Below are positions 38,608 through 50,100 of a DNA stretch of 64,000 bases, piece after piece (position 1 is the first letter of the stretch; each line of letters starts with the position of its first letter). Made by a program: the position numbers and the translations under genes. The notes under the pieces were generated by a model. The model was given only the letters and a program-made list of their open reading frames with translations, did no database searches and was not told the origin of the DNA. The stretch covers positions 70,186,001 to 70,250,000 of the forward strand of contig CM059432.1 of assembly GCA_030390025.1 (NCBI GenBank). Direction: 5' to 3'. This DNA is from Squalus acanthias (Eukaryota).

Positions 38608-41479
38608 CCAATAACCTGCTCACCGATGCTCAGTTTGGGTTCTGCCAGGATCACTCAGCTCCAGACCTCATTACAGTCTTGGTCCAAACATGGACACAAG
38701 AGCTGAATTCCAGAGGTGAGGTGAGAGTGACTGCCCTTGATATTAAGACAGCATTTGACCGAGTGTGGCATCAAGGAGCCCTAGTAAAACTGAAGTCAGT
38801 GGGAATCAGGGAGAAAACTCTCCACTGGCTGGAGTCATACCTAACACAAAGGAAGATGGTTGTAGTTGTTGGAGGCCAATCATCTCAGCCCCAGGACTTC
38901 ACTGCAGGAGTTCCTCAGGGCAGTATCCTAGGCCCAACCATCTTCAGTTGCTTCTTCAATGACCTTCCCTCCATCATAAGGTCAGAAGTGGGGATGTTCG
39001 CTGATGACTGCACAGTGTTCAGTGCCATTCGCAACTCCTCAGATAATGAAGCAGTCCATGCCCAAATGCAACAAGACCTGGACAACATTCAGGCTTGGGC
39101 TGATAAGTGGCAAGTAACATTCGCGCCAGGCAATGACTATCTCCAACATGCGAGAGTCTAACCACCGCCCCTTGACAGTCAACGGCATAACCATCACCAA
39201 AGCCCCCACTATCAACATCCTGGGGGGTCACCATTGACCAGAAACTTAACTGAACCAGCCACATAAATAATATGGCAACAAGAGCAGGTCAGAGGCTGGG
39301 TATTCTGCAGCGAGTGTCCCACCTCCTGACTCCCCAAAGACTTTCCACCATCTACAAGGCACAAGTAAGGAGTGTGATGGATTACTCTCCACTTACCTGG
39401 ATGAGTGCAGCTCCAACAACACTCAAGAAGCTCAACACTATCCAGGACAAAGCAGCCCGCTTGATTGGCACCCCATCCACCATCTTAAACATTCACTCCC
39501 TCCACCACTGGCGCACCGTGGCTGCAGTGTGTACCATCTACAAGATGCACTGCAGCAACTCGCCAGCACCTCCCAAACCCACGACCTCTACCACCTAGAA
39601 GGACAAGGGCAGCAGGCACATGGGAACACCACCACCTCCAAGTTCCTCTCCAAGTACACACCATCCTAACTTGGAAACATATCACCGTTCCTTCATCATC
39701 GCTGGGCTAAAATCATGGAACTCCCTCCCTAAGAACACTGTGGGAGTACCTTCACCACACGGACTGCAACGGTTCAAGAAGGCGGCTCACCTCCACCTTC
39801 TCAAGGGCAATTAGGGATGGGCAATAAATGCTGGCCTTGCCAGCAACGCTCACATCCCAGGAACGAATAACAAAAAACCTCCTATGTGCCACTTACATGG
39901 TGTTCTGAGGAGCTAATAACTCCAGTACAACTGCAACACTCGCATCTATCTGACAATGTGGTAATTGCTCACGTATGTCCTGCCCACAAAAACAAGGGCC
40001 AATCCAACTCGGCAATTACTGTCCTATTAGCCTACCCCCAATCAACAGCCAAATGGCCTTACTCACCAATACTCTGGTTACTGGTGCTCAATTTGGGTTC
40101 TGCCAAGACCACTCAGCTCCAGATCTCATTACAGCCTTAGTCCAAACATGGACACAACAGTTGAATTCCAGATGAGATGAAATGATGCACTTGTGAAACA
40201 GCCCACGTCCAGAAGCTTTTTCATCATTCTCAGTTTCATTAATCCCAGGAAGGTTATGCTCACCCATTGTCTAAGCATGCACCCACTAACATGCCAGCTG
40301 CACTATCCCACCGACCTCGCCATCTCCTATGGCTAAATCTGATTACTTCCCCAGCAGTTTCATGGCCATCTTCTCAGTGAAGGTCAGCTCTCTGATATCC
40401 AAAATGTCTTCAATAATGCCCAGCCTTTTATAGGGACATTGTGCAAGTTTCTTCTGTAACAAGGTTGAGGGGAAATAGGTAAAAGCTAGCATTTGCATTT
40501 GATGTCTCCCAGGTGGCATCAGACAGCTGATGTAATAAGCCTTTTGGCTTCATCCTGTTAAAGTGGAAGAAGGGGATTTAAGCTACTGCATATAAGTATT
40601 TGTGATAGAGGAGTGGGCAACACATATTGTAAGATCCCGAGTTAGTGAATCCCTCATCCACAATGCAGTGTAAAAGCCCATGGTGGAAGAAAAGGCAAAG
40701 TGGCCAGTGTATTAGCTTGTCTGCTCCCGTCATGTCTTTGAATTTTTCAAGCATTGGTCTGCAAGTATTGGTCTGGGAGGGAAGGATGTGGTACTCAGTG
40801 TCACTGCCACCTCCCTTCATATGGCACATAAGACATTTTTTTGGCATCCAGCAGCCTTTCACTATTGCTGCATGATCTTATTGAATGACGGAGCATGCAT
40901 ACCCCTGCTCCTATTTCTTATGTTGCTGCATCTTATCGATGAGGGTTTGAGTGTCATTCAAGCTTTAGGCTCTTCTTTGCGTGCCTCTTTCTAATGCTCT
41001 GCTTCCTTCTTTGCATAGCTCTGCAAAATCTCCTACTTGAAGAAATGCTTTTAAAGTGCCACAAATACTCACATCATCCATCTACTACACATGCATGACT
41101 GTTACTCAGTCTTGCTAGCTCGCCCAGCCTGCTGCTGCACTCTTCAGCCTTTCTAAGCTCTTTAAAGGCCTGCACCTGCAATTTCCATTCCTGCAGTACA
41201 ATACAGTACATGGCAATTGCAATCAACCAAGGCCACTGCATATTCAACTGAGCTTACCTTGAGTCTTGTGCTGATCCCATTTCTGTGTCATTACTGATAG
41301 ATCTGTCTAATATTTCTCTTATGATTGTATTCTGTAGCAATTGTTTACAGCTGAGTGGTGTGCTAGGCCACTTCAGAAGGCATTATACATCAACCACATA
41401 TTGTAGGACTGGAGTCATATGTAGGCCGGACCAGGTATGTATTATCTGCAGGATGTAATAATGGTCCTAAAGCTTACTT

Positions 41480-41770
41480 TGACAGCATCTTCCAGTCCTG
41501 CGACCTCTACCACCAAGAAGTAAAACAGGAGCAAAGTCATGAGAGCACCATCACCTCTAGGTTATGCACCATCCTGACTTGGAGAAAAAGCAAGTTCCTT
41601 CATAATTTCTGGTCAATATCCTGGAACCTAACACCATTATGGGAGCACAATCAGCATGAGGACTGCAGCGGTTTAAGAAGGTGGCCCACCAGCACCACCA
41701 CCTCAGAGAATCTAGGGATGGGGAGTGAATGTGGCCTTGCCAGTGGCACCTGCATACTGAGAACAAATAG
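41480..41770 (+). mobile_element. Family 'A' LINE 3' tail, degenerate
   Basis: GGACTGCAGCGGTTTAAGAAGGTGGCCCACC...GGCCTTGCCAGTGGCACC tail. Confidence 0.7.
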
Positions 41771-43969
41771 AAGAAGTCAGCAAATGACAGTGGCTGATTG
41801 GTTATACTGGTCAGGTTCACAGGTATGTGAATATATCGGAACTGTCAAATCATTGTTTCTGTTTATACCATGGTTCATTTTTATTGTGCTTTTGAGGGCA
41901 AAAACAAATACAATTCCTTTTTGGTATAGGATTTTTTACATCACAGATCAGGACCAAGGTATAAATAGGGTTCGTTTCCACTTGGTTAAACTGTGTGACA
42001 GTGCTCTTGTTTATAGTAGCTACTGGTAAACCAATGGCACACAGGAATTACCCCTGTATATGTAGAATAATTTAAAAAAAGACTTTGTATGACCAGAAGC
42101 ATTACAATTTTCACAGGAAAGGAATGTAAACCCTTTGACTTATGCTCCTGCAATATTACACACCTCAACAAATTCTTCTTTTGATAACACAATAAATATA
42201 TGGTTTACGATTTGGTTTCATATGTGCATTTTTTTCATTGGCTAGTAGCATGATTTGTTTTCCCTGAAAATAAATGCCTAAACAATGTTGTCTCTGGTCT
42301 TTGAGTTTTTATACCATTGCATAACACCGTGTACTTTAATATTCTTAAAATAGGAATTAATCAATTATTTTCATGCAAGGTAGCAGTGCTGTGATGGTAA
42401 GAGCACATTTTGCTTGTGAGAAAATCTTTGAAGATTTCCTACCTATTGATTGATGTTTCTTACTGAGCCAGTAGGTGTAGATATTGAAGGTGAAGAGCTG
42501 TTGTTTTTGAGTAATATCCATCCAGTATTTTCATCTTCACATTTTGAGGAGTTTGCAAGGGATCCTATAAAATGTGTTATTGTATGTATGTATGAGTGTT
42601 TGTTTAAATGAGTCCCTATATAATTTCCCAGCAGTTGGTTTGCAAAAATAATTGAAATTGCACAGAGGCATGAAGATTTTGGATTGATTAGACACTCTGA
42701 TACCTCTAAGCACAGTGAAGTGTTACAGTCTCTAATTCATGCAGAAGATTTCAATCTTAACCTAAAATTTATTTAGCTTTCTTACTTTCAAGTAGCAATC
42801 ACACTTCTATCGTGCTTTGTACCATGACATACTTTTCTTACAATGTCTTTAACACATACCAAGCAAAAGAGATGCCTTTAATACACAATAGTGTAAGTAT
42901 CTTACACTCGAGAGCCTATGATGTTTGCTTCTTTGACTATAAAATAAGTGCACTATAGGATCTACAGGAAATCTATGGCAAATGCCGATCACCACTTCAG
43001 ATACAAATTTGGTGTCATTCCACCAATCATTTTTGGATAGCAACCTGAAGTCTGAAAGTGCCTGGAATGGCCTAGTTCGTATACCGTAGCAACAGCGTTC
43101 AAATGGAATCATGTTCAGTACAAGGGCACCACACAAACATGTACAGAAGCAGTCTTAGTGAGGTTGATACTCAGTGATGATGTGCCCACACCGGTCTGTT
43201 TAACAGTCACAATTTTTTGTTGCTAGCATATAAGATGAAGACATGGAGGCTTTTTAATTGAGTGAATAAATTGCTGCTAGAATCATGTCCTTTTCATTCA
43301 CCGGAGATGTAGGATAAAGGGAGTTAATCATTGTTTTGTAAAGTACATTAATTATCAGCTCATATTGTACTGCAGCAGGGTGTTAGATGTGTATGGTCTG
43401 CACTTGGACTATTTATCTTTGTTCTGTGCATGGTGCATTCAGCAGGGGTTTGGAAAACCGAATGCAGATAAATTTGGTGTACAGTCAGCTGTGAAATCAA
43501 GCAGTGATGTAATGCATTCTCCTGTCCTCGGTATGTGCCTTGATTGATTTAAGCATTTAACCAGAAAGCAAAAGGTTTAACCGCTGTCAAGGAGTGGAAT
43601 ACTGTACAGTGGTGACTTTGTTGGTACAGCATTGTTTGTCAAATATACATTTTGATTGATTAATGAGGCCACGTGTATTAAATAAACTGGACATACTGAC
43701 TGCTGAACGTTTACTTTTCATTCCAATTTTCTTCCCTCGTTTCCTGAGGGCGATGGTGCATGCTGAAGTATATTCCTGTGATTCCTGGCAGTCTTCTCGT
43801 ACCTCACCTATGTGGCTATTCTTTATGTGTAAATGTAGACAGTTTTGGCAGGAAATTTAACCATGATAGAAACCACAAGTGAGCATGTGTTCACCCAGTT
43901 TGATATATGTCAACCGAGAAATCTAGCAAAGTTGACACAGCCACCCCAAAAAGTTGACAACTCAAGAAT

Positions 43970-44072
43970 GGAACAAAAGTGGAAAATGCTGGAAACACTC
44001 AGCAAGTCAGGAAGAATCTGTGGAGAAAGGGAAAAAAGTTAACATTTCAGATATAACCCTTGGTCCTAACTG
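43970..44072 (-). mobile_element. Degenerate copy of the Penelope-type terminal segment
   Basis: Reverse complement matches 11498-11530 plus 12378-12442: AGTT-AGGACCA-...-GAAA-TG-TT-AACT...CCACAGATTCTTCCTGACTTGCTGAGTGTTTCCAGCATTTTC. Confidence 0.6.
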
Positions 44073-44149
44073 ACACAAAACACAAGGATGCCCCTGATTA
44101 TAAGCCTACGGCAAAGTAGCTACACAGGCTTCGAAGCTTAGGCTCAACA

Positions 44150-44291
44150 GGGGTGAATTTACAATGGGGTCTCACACTTGTCCACTGCAACTTTGGTAGA
44201 AGAGCTGCGGAAACCCCGGATAAATGGCATAAATGCAACACCAAGTAACTTTCCTGGAAAACGATATTACTAGTAACATTAGTTTCACCCC
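44150..44291. mobile_element. Small Harbinger-type MITE
   Basis: TIRs GGGGTGAA / TTCACCCC, TSD ACA (44147-44149 and 44292-44294). Confidence 0.65.
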
Positions 44292-45371
44292 ACAGAATTA
44301 GTAAATTATAGGCTCATGCTATAGATTAATTCTAACTTATTTGCTACCCAAACTGGATAGTTCTCTCAATCTATCCTAAACTCCTACTGATGGTTGCTTC
44401 TTTCGTTTAGGACAGGAAATTGTTATACCAACATTTTACCAGCCTCCTGAGAAATCCAATCAGGAGCAATAACTTTATTACCTTGATGCCTGTAGGGCCC
44501 ACAGTTTTATATTAACTATAGCAATTCTGAACAAGTCATGATAATTGTTCGTTCCTATAGCCCCGAGTCCCTGGAAAAACTCATTAACTAAGCAGTACAT
44601 AGCTAAGAGGATGGTTGAATGTATAATGTACTGCTATTACCTTCTGCACAAAAATAAAACTGAATTAAAGACGATTTTACAAATTCCAAAGTTGCATCAT
44701 GGATATTGCTCAAGTATCTATTGATGCCATCTCTACTGCTGCAAAATGGAGCAATTTCCACACATTAATGAAGCACAGTTCACTGGAATTAGCAGCTTTC
44801 CAAAACCTAACTACTTTAGTGTGCTCTCATGGTGTGTGGAGAATGCTGAATGAAAAAGATGGATTTCTGACATTGGTAGCATCTTCTTCATTCTTCACAT
44901 GTGCATTCTCTACATATTGCGCTCCATCTCATCTATCCCCACAGGCTCCAATAGTGGATTCTTTCTCCAAGTCAGGTGCATGGCCAAATTAGAATATGTA
45001 GATATAGGTCAAAATGAAGTAACAATTAGGTTTGCTGACTGCCAATCACATCTCAACAAGCATCCTTGTGACATCACTTTCTGCAATGTCAAATATGACT
45101 CCCCAAGACCAATTGGACAAAGAACAGATTTTGTGGTGTTTGGATAATGCATCTATTCAAAGAAAGAAGAAGAGTCTACCAAGGTAGGTAATTTATCTTT
45201 ACTGGCTATCGTATATAATGCCAATACCATTACTGGATACTGTAGGTAAAGCACATAGCATTAGTGATTCCAGTATGTAATAGCTAAACCAATAATATGT
45301 AATGCCTACATTATTACTGACTGCAGTATGTAATATGTAAAACATTACTGACTGTGATATTTAAACACTAT

Positions 45372-46049
45372 GGCCTGGAGCTTCCGCTCGATTGCGCAAT
45401 TCCTCCGATATCGGGGTAACTGGTGCAAAAGATCGTGGAATTTTAAGCGCAAATTGCGTTCATTGCAACTCAAGTTTAAAAATGATCATCCTAGAAGCAG
45501 GCCCCGCCCACAAAACTGTCCACGCACCCAGGGTGAATTAGTCACCATTGAGAATTTCCACTAATTATTCTCATTTACAGGCCTTCAAGAAGGCTCCAAA
45601 AATTAAGCTGAAACTTTTGGGTTTTGAAAGTTTTTTTTTAATTTCCTAAGGAACTGACTACTGTACCCCAATCTAATTAGAAAATAGTTTTGTATATTTT
45701 TTAAAAGTCATTTTCAGTCATTTAAAATTGGGTTACTCACAGGTGCAGGATTGACACTGTGATTTAAAACGCTTATATTTTTGTGATAAACCCATTTTCA
45801 GCTGTATTAATCAAACTTTACCAAGTTACCATTCTTAACTATGTAAAGGAATATTTTTTAACGCAAATTTTTTTAAATACGTTTTAAAACACAGCTCGAT
45901 TGCGCTGGTTATTGGCAGATTTTGCGTTCGGCGACATGCAAATTAGTTTTAGCAAAACGCGGGGGGGAAACACTTTTCAAAACGGGTGTCATTTTGGGTA
46001 CAAATTGCAGCGGAATCAACGATTGTGCCCAAAGTGGAAACTCTGCCCC
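45372..46049. mobile_element. Harbinger-type non-autonomous element, related to 56780-57176
   Basis: Imperfect TIRs GGCCTGGAGCTTCC / GGAAACTCTGCCCC, TSD TAT. Internal GGCCCCGCCCA..AAACTG.CCACGC.CCCAG...GAATTA.TCACCATTG is shared with the 56780 element. Confidence 0.72.
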
Positions 46050-47879
46050 TATATCATTACTACTTGTGATTTGTAATGCCTATATCTTGATATATTATGT
46101 AAAGAATTACTGACTGGAAAATATATAATCAAAGCATAATAGTGCACAAACATAGCCTCAAAATAGAGCAATAAAGGAAAGTAAAATTCAAATTAAAAGC
46201 ATTGTGTTTTAACTTTAATTAAGGCCATTATAAAGTAATAGTTAATTATAGATAACTTGTCTTCTCAACTTTTAATAAGCACCATCTAGTCAGCAGTTAA
46301 TAATGTATCACCAGTAAAAATGAAAGGAAAATCGTAATTTTATTACTCAGATTCTAAAAACCAGCACAAGCTCATGCTGTTACTTTGCATTTTGATTCAA
46401 GAACAAGAACAATCTTGAGATTAGCAGGATCTAATTGGGTGTACAAACCGGAGAAATAGAAACACAACGAGACACTACCACGATACTTCAGTAGATTTTG
46501 TCATTTATAGCTGCATTTAGTGTTACAAAATTTTATGTGAACAAGCATATAAATTTTAAAATTACATTGGCAGCTCCAGCCTGTGCCTGCTGGAAGCCTC
46601 CATGTCACTGTACCCACTGATCTGTGGGTGAGCTGACCCCATCGCACCAATTATGTTGCCGAAGCCCATACCCATTCTTTGCCTCAGTTGGCCAAGTTCA
46701 CCTGCTGTCCTGTCTAATGAGGAGGTCTATATGGCAGATGTCTGAGCAGTCATAGCATCTTCTGCCATTAGGGGCTGCATTTTGGATGGCCCTGGGATTC
46801 CCACTCGCTCCAAAGGTGACTATATGCTTTTGATGCCGTGCCTGAGAACCCCACACAGAATGCTTCACACTTGCCACCATGCCTTAAAACCTCCCAGGCA
46901 TATCCTTCAATGACACCAACAATGTATTTTGCTTTGGAAGCATCCTTTTAAAAGCTGGGCCCCAGAGATTAATATCCTTGACTCCACCAGTTGTGGAAGG
47001 AGTAGACCTCACCTTCCAGCAAAATGCTTCCTGCTCCTCTTCCACTCCTCTGTCTATTTCTGCTCACTGTGCTCTATGCATCACCCACTGTGCTGCCCTC
47101 TATTTTATCAAATTCCCTGGGAGGGATGGCTCTATTGTGGTGCTCACCAGAGTGAGATGCAATGGAATAGTGCCATGTGAGGTGCTGGGTGACTGATCCG
47201 GGGAGGGTCCCATTACAGCTTCTTTTGACATACCTGCAAAGACAGAAAGCGGTGACTGTTAGAAGAAAGAACTCAGAGCAACTTAGTGTGGAACTGCTCT
47301 CAGCATGGCAACTGGTCTGGCACTGCAGATGTATGTCAGCTTGTGTGTCAGTGCTTGTGGATGGACCAAGGATGGCAAGTGAAGGAAGGATTGTTGTTGT
47401 ACGAGCCTTGTCCTTGGTCAGGGCCTCCTGCTTCCCCATCTCCGACCTAATTCTGGAACTCCTGGCCCTGAATTTTCAAATAGGGAGAGTTCATGAAAGG
47501 AAGCTGAATCCCCTCCAGTTGTGGGCAGCTCCTTTCTGTTGTGCGCTGCCTTCTATAAAAGAAGAAGCAGGGATAGAGAAAGTAACAAAGTGTGCATGGA
47601 ATCTGCCTATCGCAGGTGTGAAGATGGACTCCATAAGGATTGTGATAACATATGTGCATCATAGGGGAGCAGGCCATGGAATGCAAATCAGCAACTTGTC
47701 CTGGGCATGCATGCGCTGAAGGGATGATGGGCAAGGATGATGGTAGAGAATATACAGCGGAGGACATGACAGCCATGGGAAGGAAGATAGATTCTGAAGG
47801 AATGCATGGGCAGGAGGTGAGAGAACAAGCTAATAGTTAATACAGTGCATGAAGAAGAGGGGGCCACAAAGCTACCTAC

Positions 47880-48135
47880 CTTGAGGTCATTGAATTTTCC
47901 AGCACTGCAGCCAAGTCTTTGGCATAGTGCTGAAAGCATTCATTCTGTTCACTACCTCCTGCCTTGCTCTTTCGCCTACAGACTTGATAACTTTACAGCC
48001 ATGGCAGATAAATAGCACTGCTCTCCTTTCCTGGATTTCCAGCAGCAACATCTCAATGGTGTCCTTTTTAAAGCAGAATGCCTTACTTCTTCGTGCAGTG
48101 CTGCGAGACTTACGAGGTTCTTTGCCAAGGAACAA
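47880..48135 (-). pseudogene. Harbinger Myb/SANT-like protein exon remnant
   Basis: Peptide RRSKAFCFKKDTIEMLLLEIQERRAVLF...ARQEVVNRMNAFSTMPKTWLQCWK, followed (frameshifted) by FNDLK and a GT donor-like site. Confidence 0.7.
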
Positions 48136-50100
48136 TATAGTACCAAATGGAAACCAGTAGCAGGTAACATCCGTACCACATAAGTGTCAGGTAATGACCA
48201 TCTCAAACAAGAGAAATCCCAACCATCAACCCTTGACCTTCAATGATGTGACCATTGCTGAGTCCCTCCACTATCAACATCTTAGGAGTCACCATTGACC
48301 AGAAGGTTAACTGGACTGGCCATATCAACAATAAGACTACAAGAGCATGGAAGAGGATGGGTATTCTACAATGAGTGGCTTACTTCCTAACCTTCAAAGC
48401 CTCACAACCATCTACAAGGCTGAAGTCAGGCTTAATCATAGACTCATAGAAATTTACGGCACAGAAGGAGGCCATTCGGCTCATCATGTCTGTGCTGGCC
48501 GAAAGAGCTATCCAGCCTAATCCCACTTTCCAGCTCTTGGTCCGTAGCCTTGTAGGTTACGGCACTTCAAGTGCTTACCCAAGTACTTTTTAAATACGAT
48601 GAGGGTTTCTGCCTCTACCACCCTTTCAGGCAGTGAGTTCCAGACCCCCACCACCCTCTGGATGAAAAAAGTTCCCCTCAACTCCCCTCTAATCCTTCTA
48701 CCAGTTACTTTAAATCTATGCCCCTGGTTATTGACCTCTCTACTAAGGGAAATGGGTCCTTCCTATCCATTCTATCTAGGCCCCTTATAATTTTATACAC
48801 CTCAATTAAGTTTCCTCTCAGCCTCCTCTGTTCCAAAGAAAACAACCCCAGCCTATCCAATCTTTCCTCATAGCTAAAATTCTCCAATCCTGGCAACATC
48901 CTCGTAAATCTCCTCTGTACCCTCTCTAGTGCAGCCACATCTTTCCTGTAATGTCATGACCAGAACTGTATGCAGTACTCTAGCTGTGGCCTAACTAGTA
49001 TGTTATACAGTTCAAGCATAACCTCTCTGCTCTTATAGTCTGTGCCTCAGCTAATAAAGGCAAGTATCCCGTAAGCCTTCTCAACCACCTTTTCTACCTA
49101 TCTTGCTACCTTCAGGGATCTGCACTCCAAGGTCCCTCTGTTCCTCTACACTTCTCAGTATCCTACCAATTATTGTGTATTCCCTTGCCTTGTTAGCCCT
49201 CCCCAAAATGCATTACCTCACACTTCTCTGGATTGAATTCCATTTGCCACTTTTCTGCCCACCTGACCAGTCCATTGATATCTTTCTGCAGTCTGCAGCT
49301 TTCTTCCTCACTATCAACCACATGGCCAATTTTTGTATCATCTGCAAACTTCTTAATCATGCCCCCTACATTGAAGTCTAAATCATTAATATATACCACA
49401 AAAAGCAAGGGACCTAGTACTGAGTCCTGCAGAACCCCACTGGAAACAGCCTTCCAGTCACAAAAACATCCGTCGACCATTACCCTTTGATTCCTGCCAC
49501 TGAGCCAATTTTGGATCCAACTTTCCACTTTCCCTTGGATTCCATGGGCTTTTACTTACTGACCAGTCTGTCAGGTGGGACCTTGTCAAAAGCCTTACTA
49601 AAATCCATGTAGACAACATCAAACATGCTACCCTCATCGACCCTCCTTCCTACCTCCCCAAAAAATTCAGTCAAGTTAGTCAGACACGACCTTCCCTTAA
49701 CAAATCCATGTTGACTGTCCTTGATTAATCCGTGCCTTTCTAAATGATGATTAATACTGTCCCTCAGAATTTTTTCCAATAATTTGCCCACCTCCAAGGT
49801 TAGGCTGACTGGCCTGTAATTACTTGGTCTATCCCTTTCTCCCATTTAAAACAACAGTACAACTTTAGCAGTCCTCCAGTCCTCCGGCACCACACCTGTA
49901 GGCAGAGAGGATTGGAAAATGATGGTCAGAGCCTCCATTATTTCCCTTGCTTCTCTTAACAGTCTGGGATACATTTCATCTAGGCTTGGCGCTTTATCTG
50001 CTATCAAAGATGCTAAACGCCTTAATACTTCCTCTCTCACTATGTTTATCTCATCTAATATTTCACACTCCTCCTTAACTACAATGTCTGCATCATCCCT

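Larger units (their letters stand above)
33940..39876 (+). mobile_element. CR1-group LINE (family 'A') split by an L2 insertion: parts 33940-34483 and 38608-39876
   Basis: Left part ends ...SAIKRHLL and right part resumes NNLLTDAQFGFC...[10 protein letters not shown]...FADD. These are contiguous in the 14667-16385 copy (AIKQHLLTNNLLTDAQFGF). Confidence 0.9.

Noticed and set aside
44940..45190. Possible cryptic exon ending at CAAG|GTAGGT (45183)
   Set aside because: No XK-family similarity, and such splice-like sites are common by chance.
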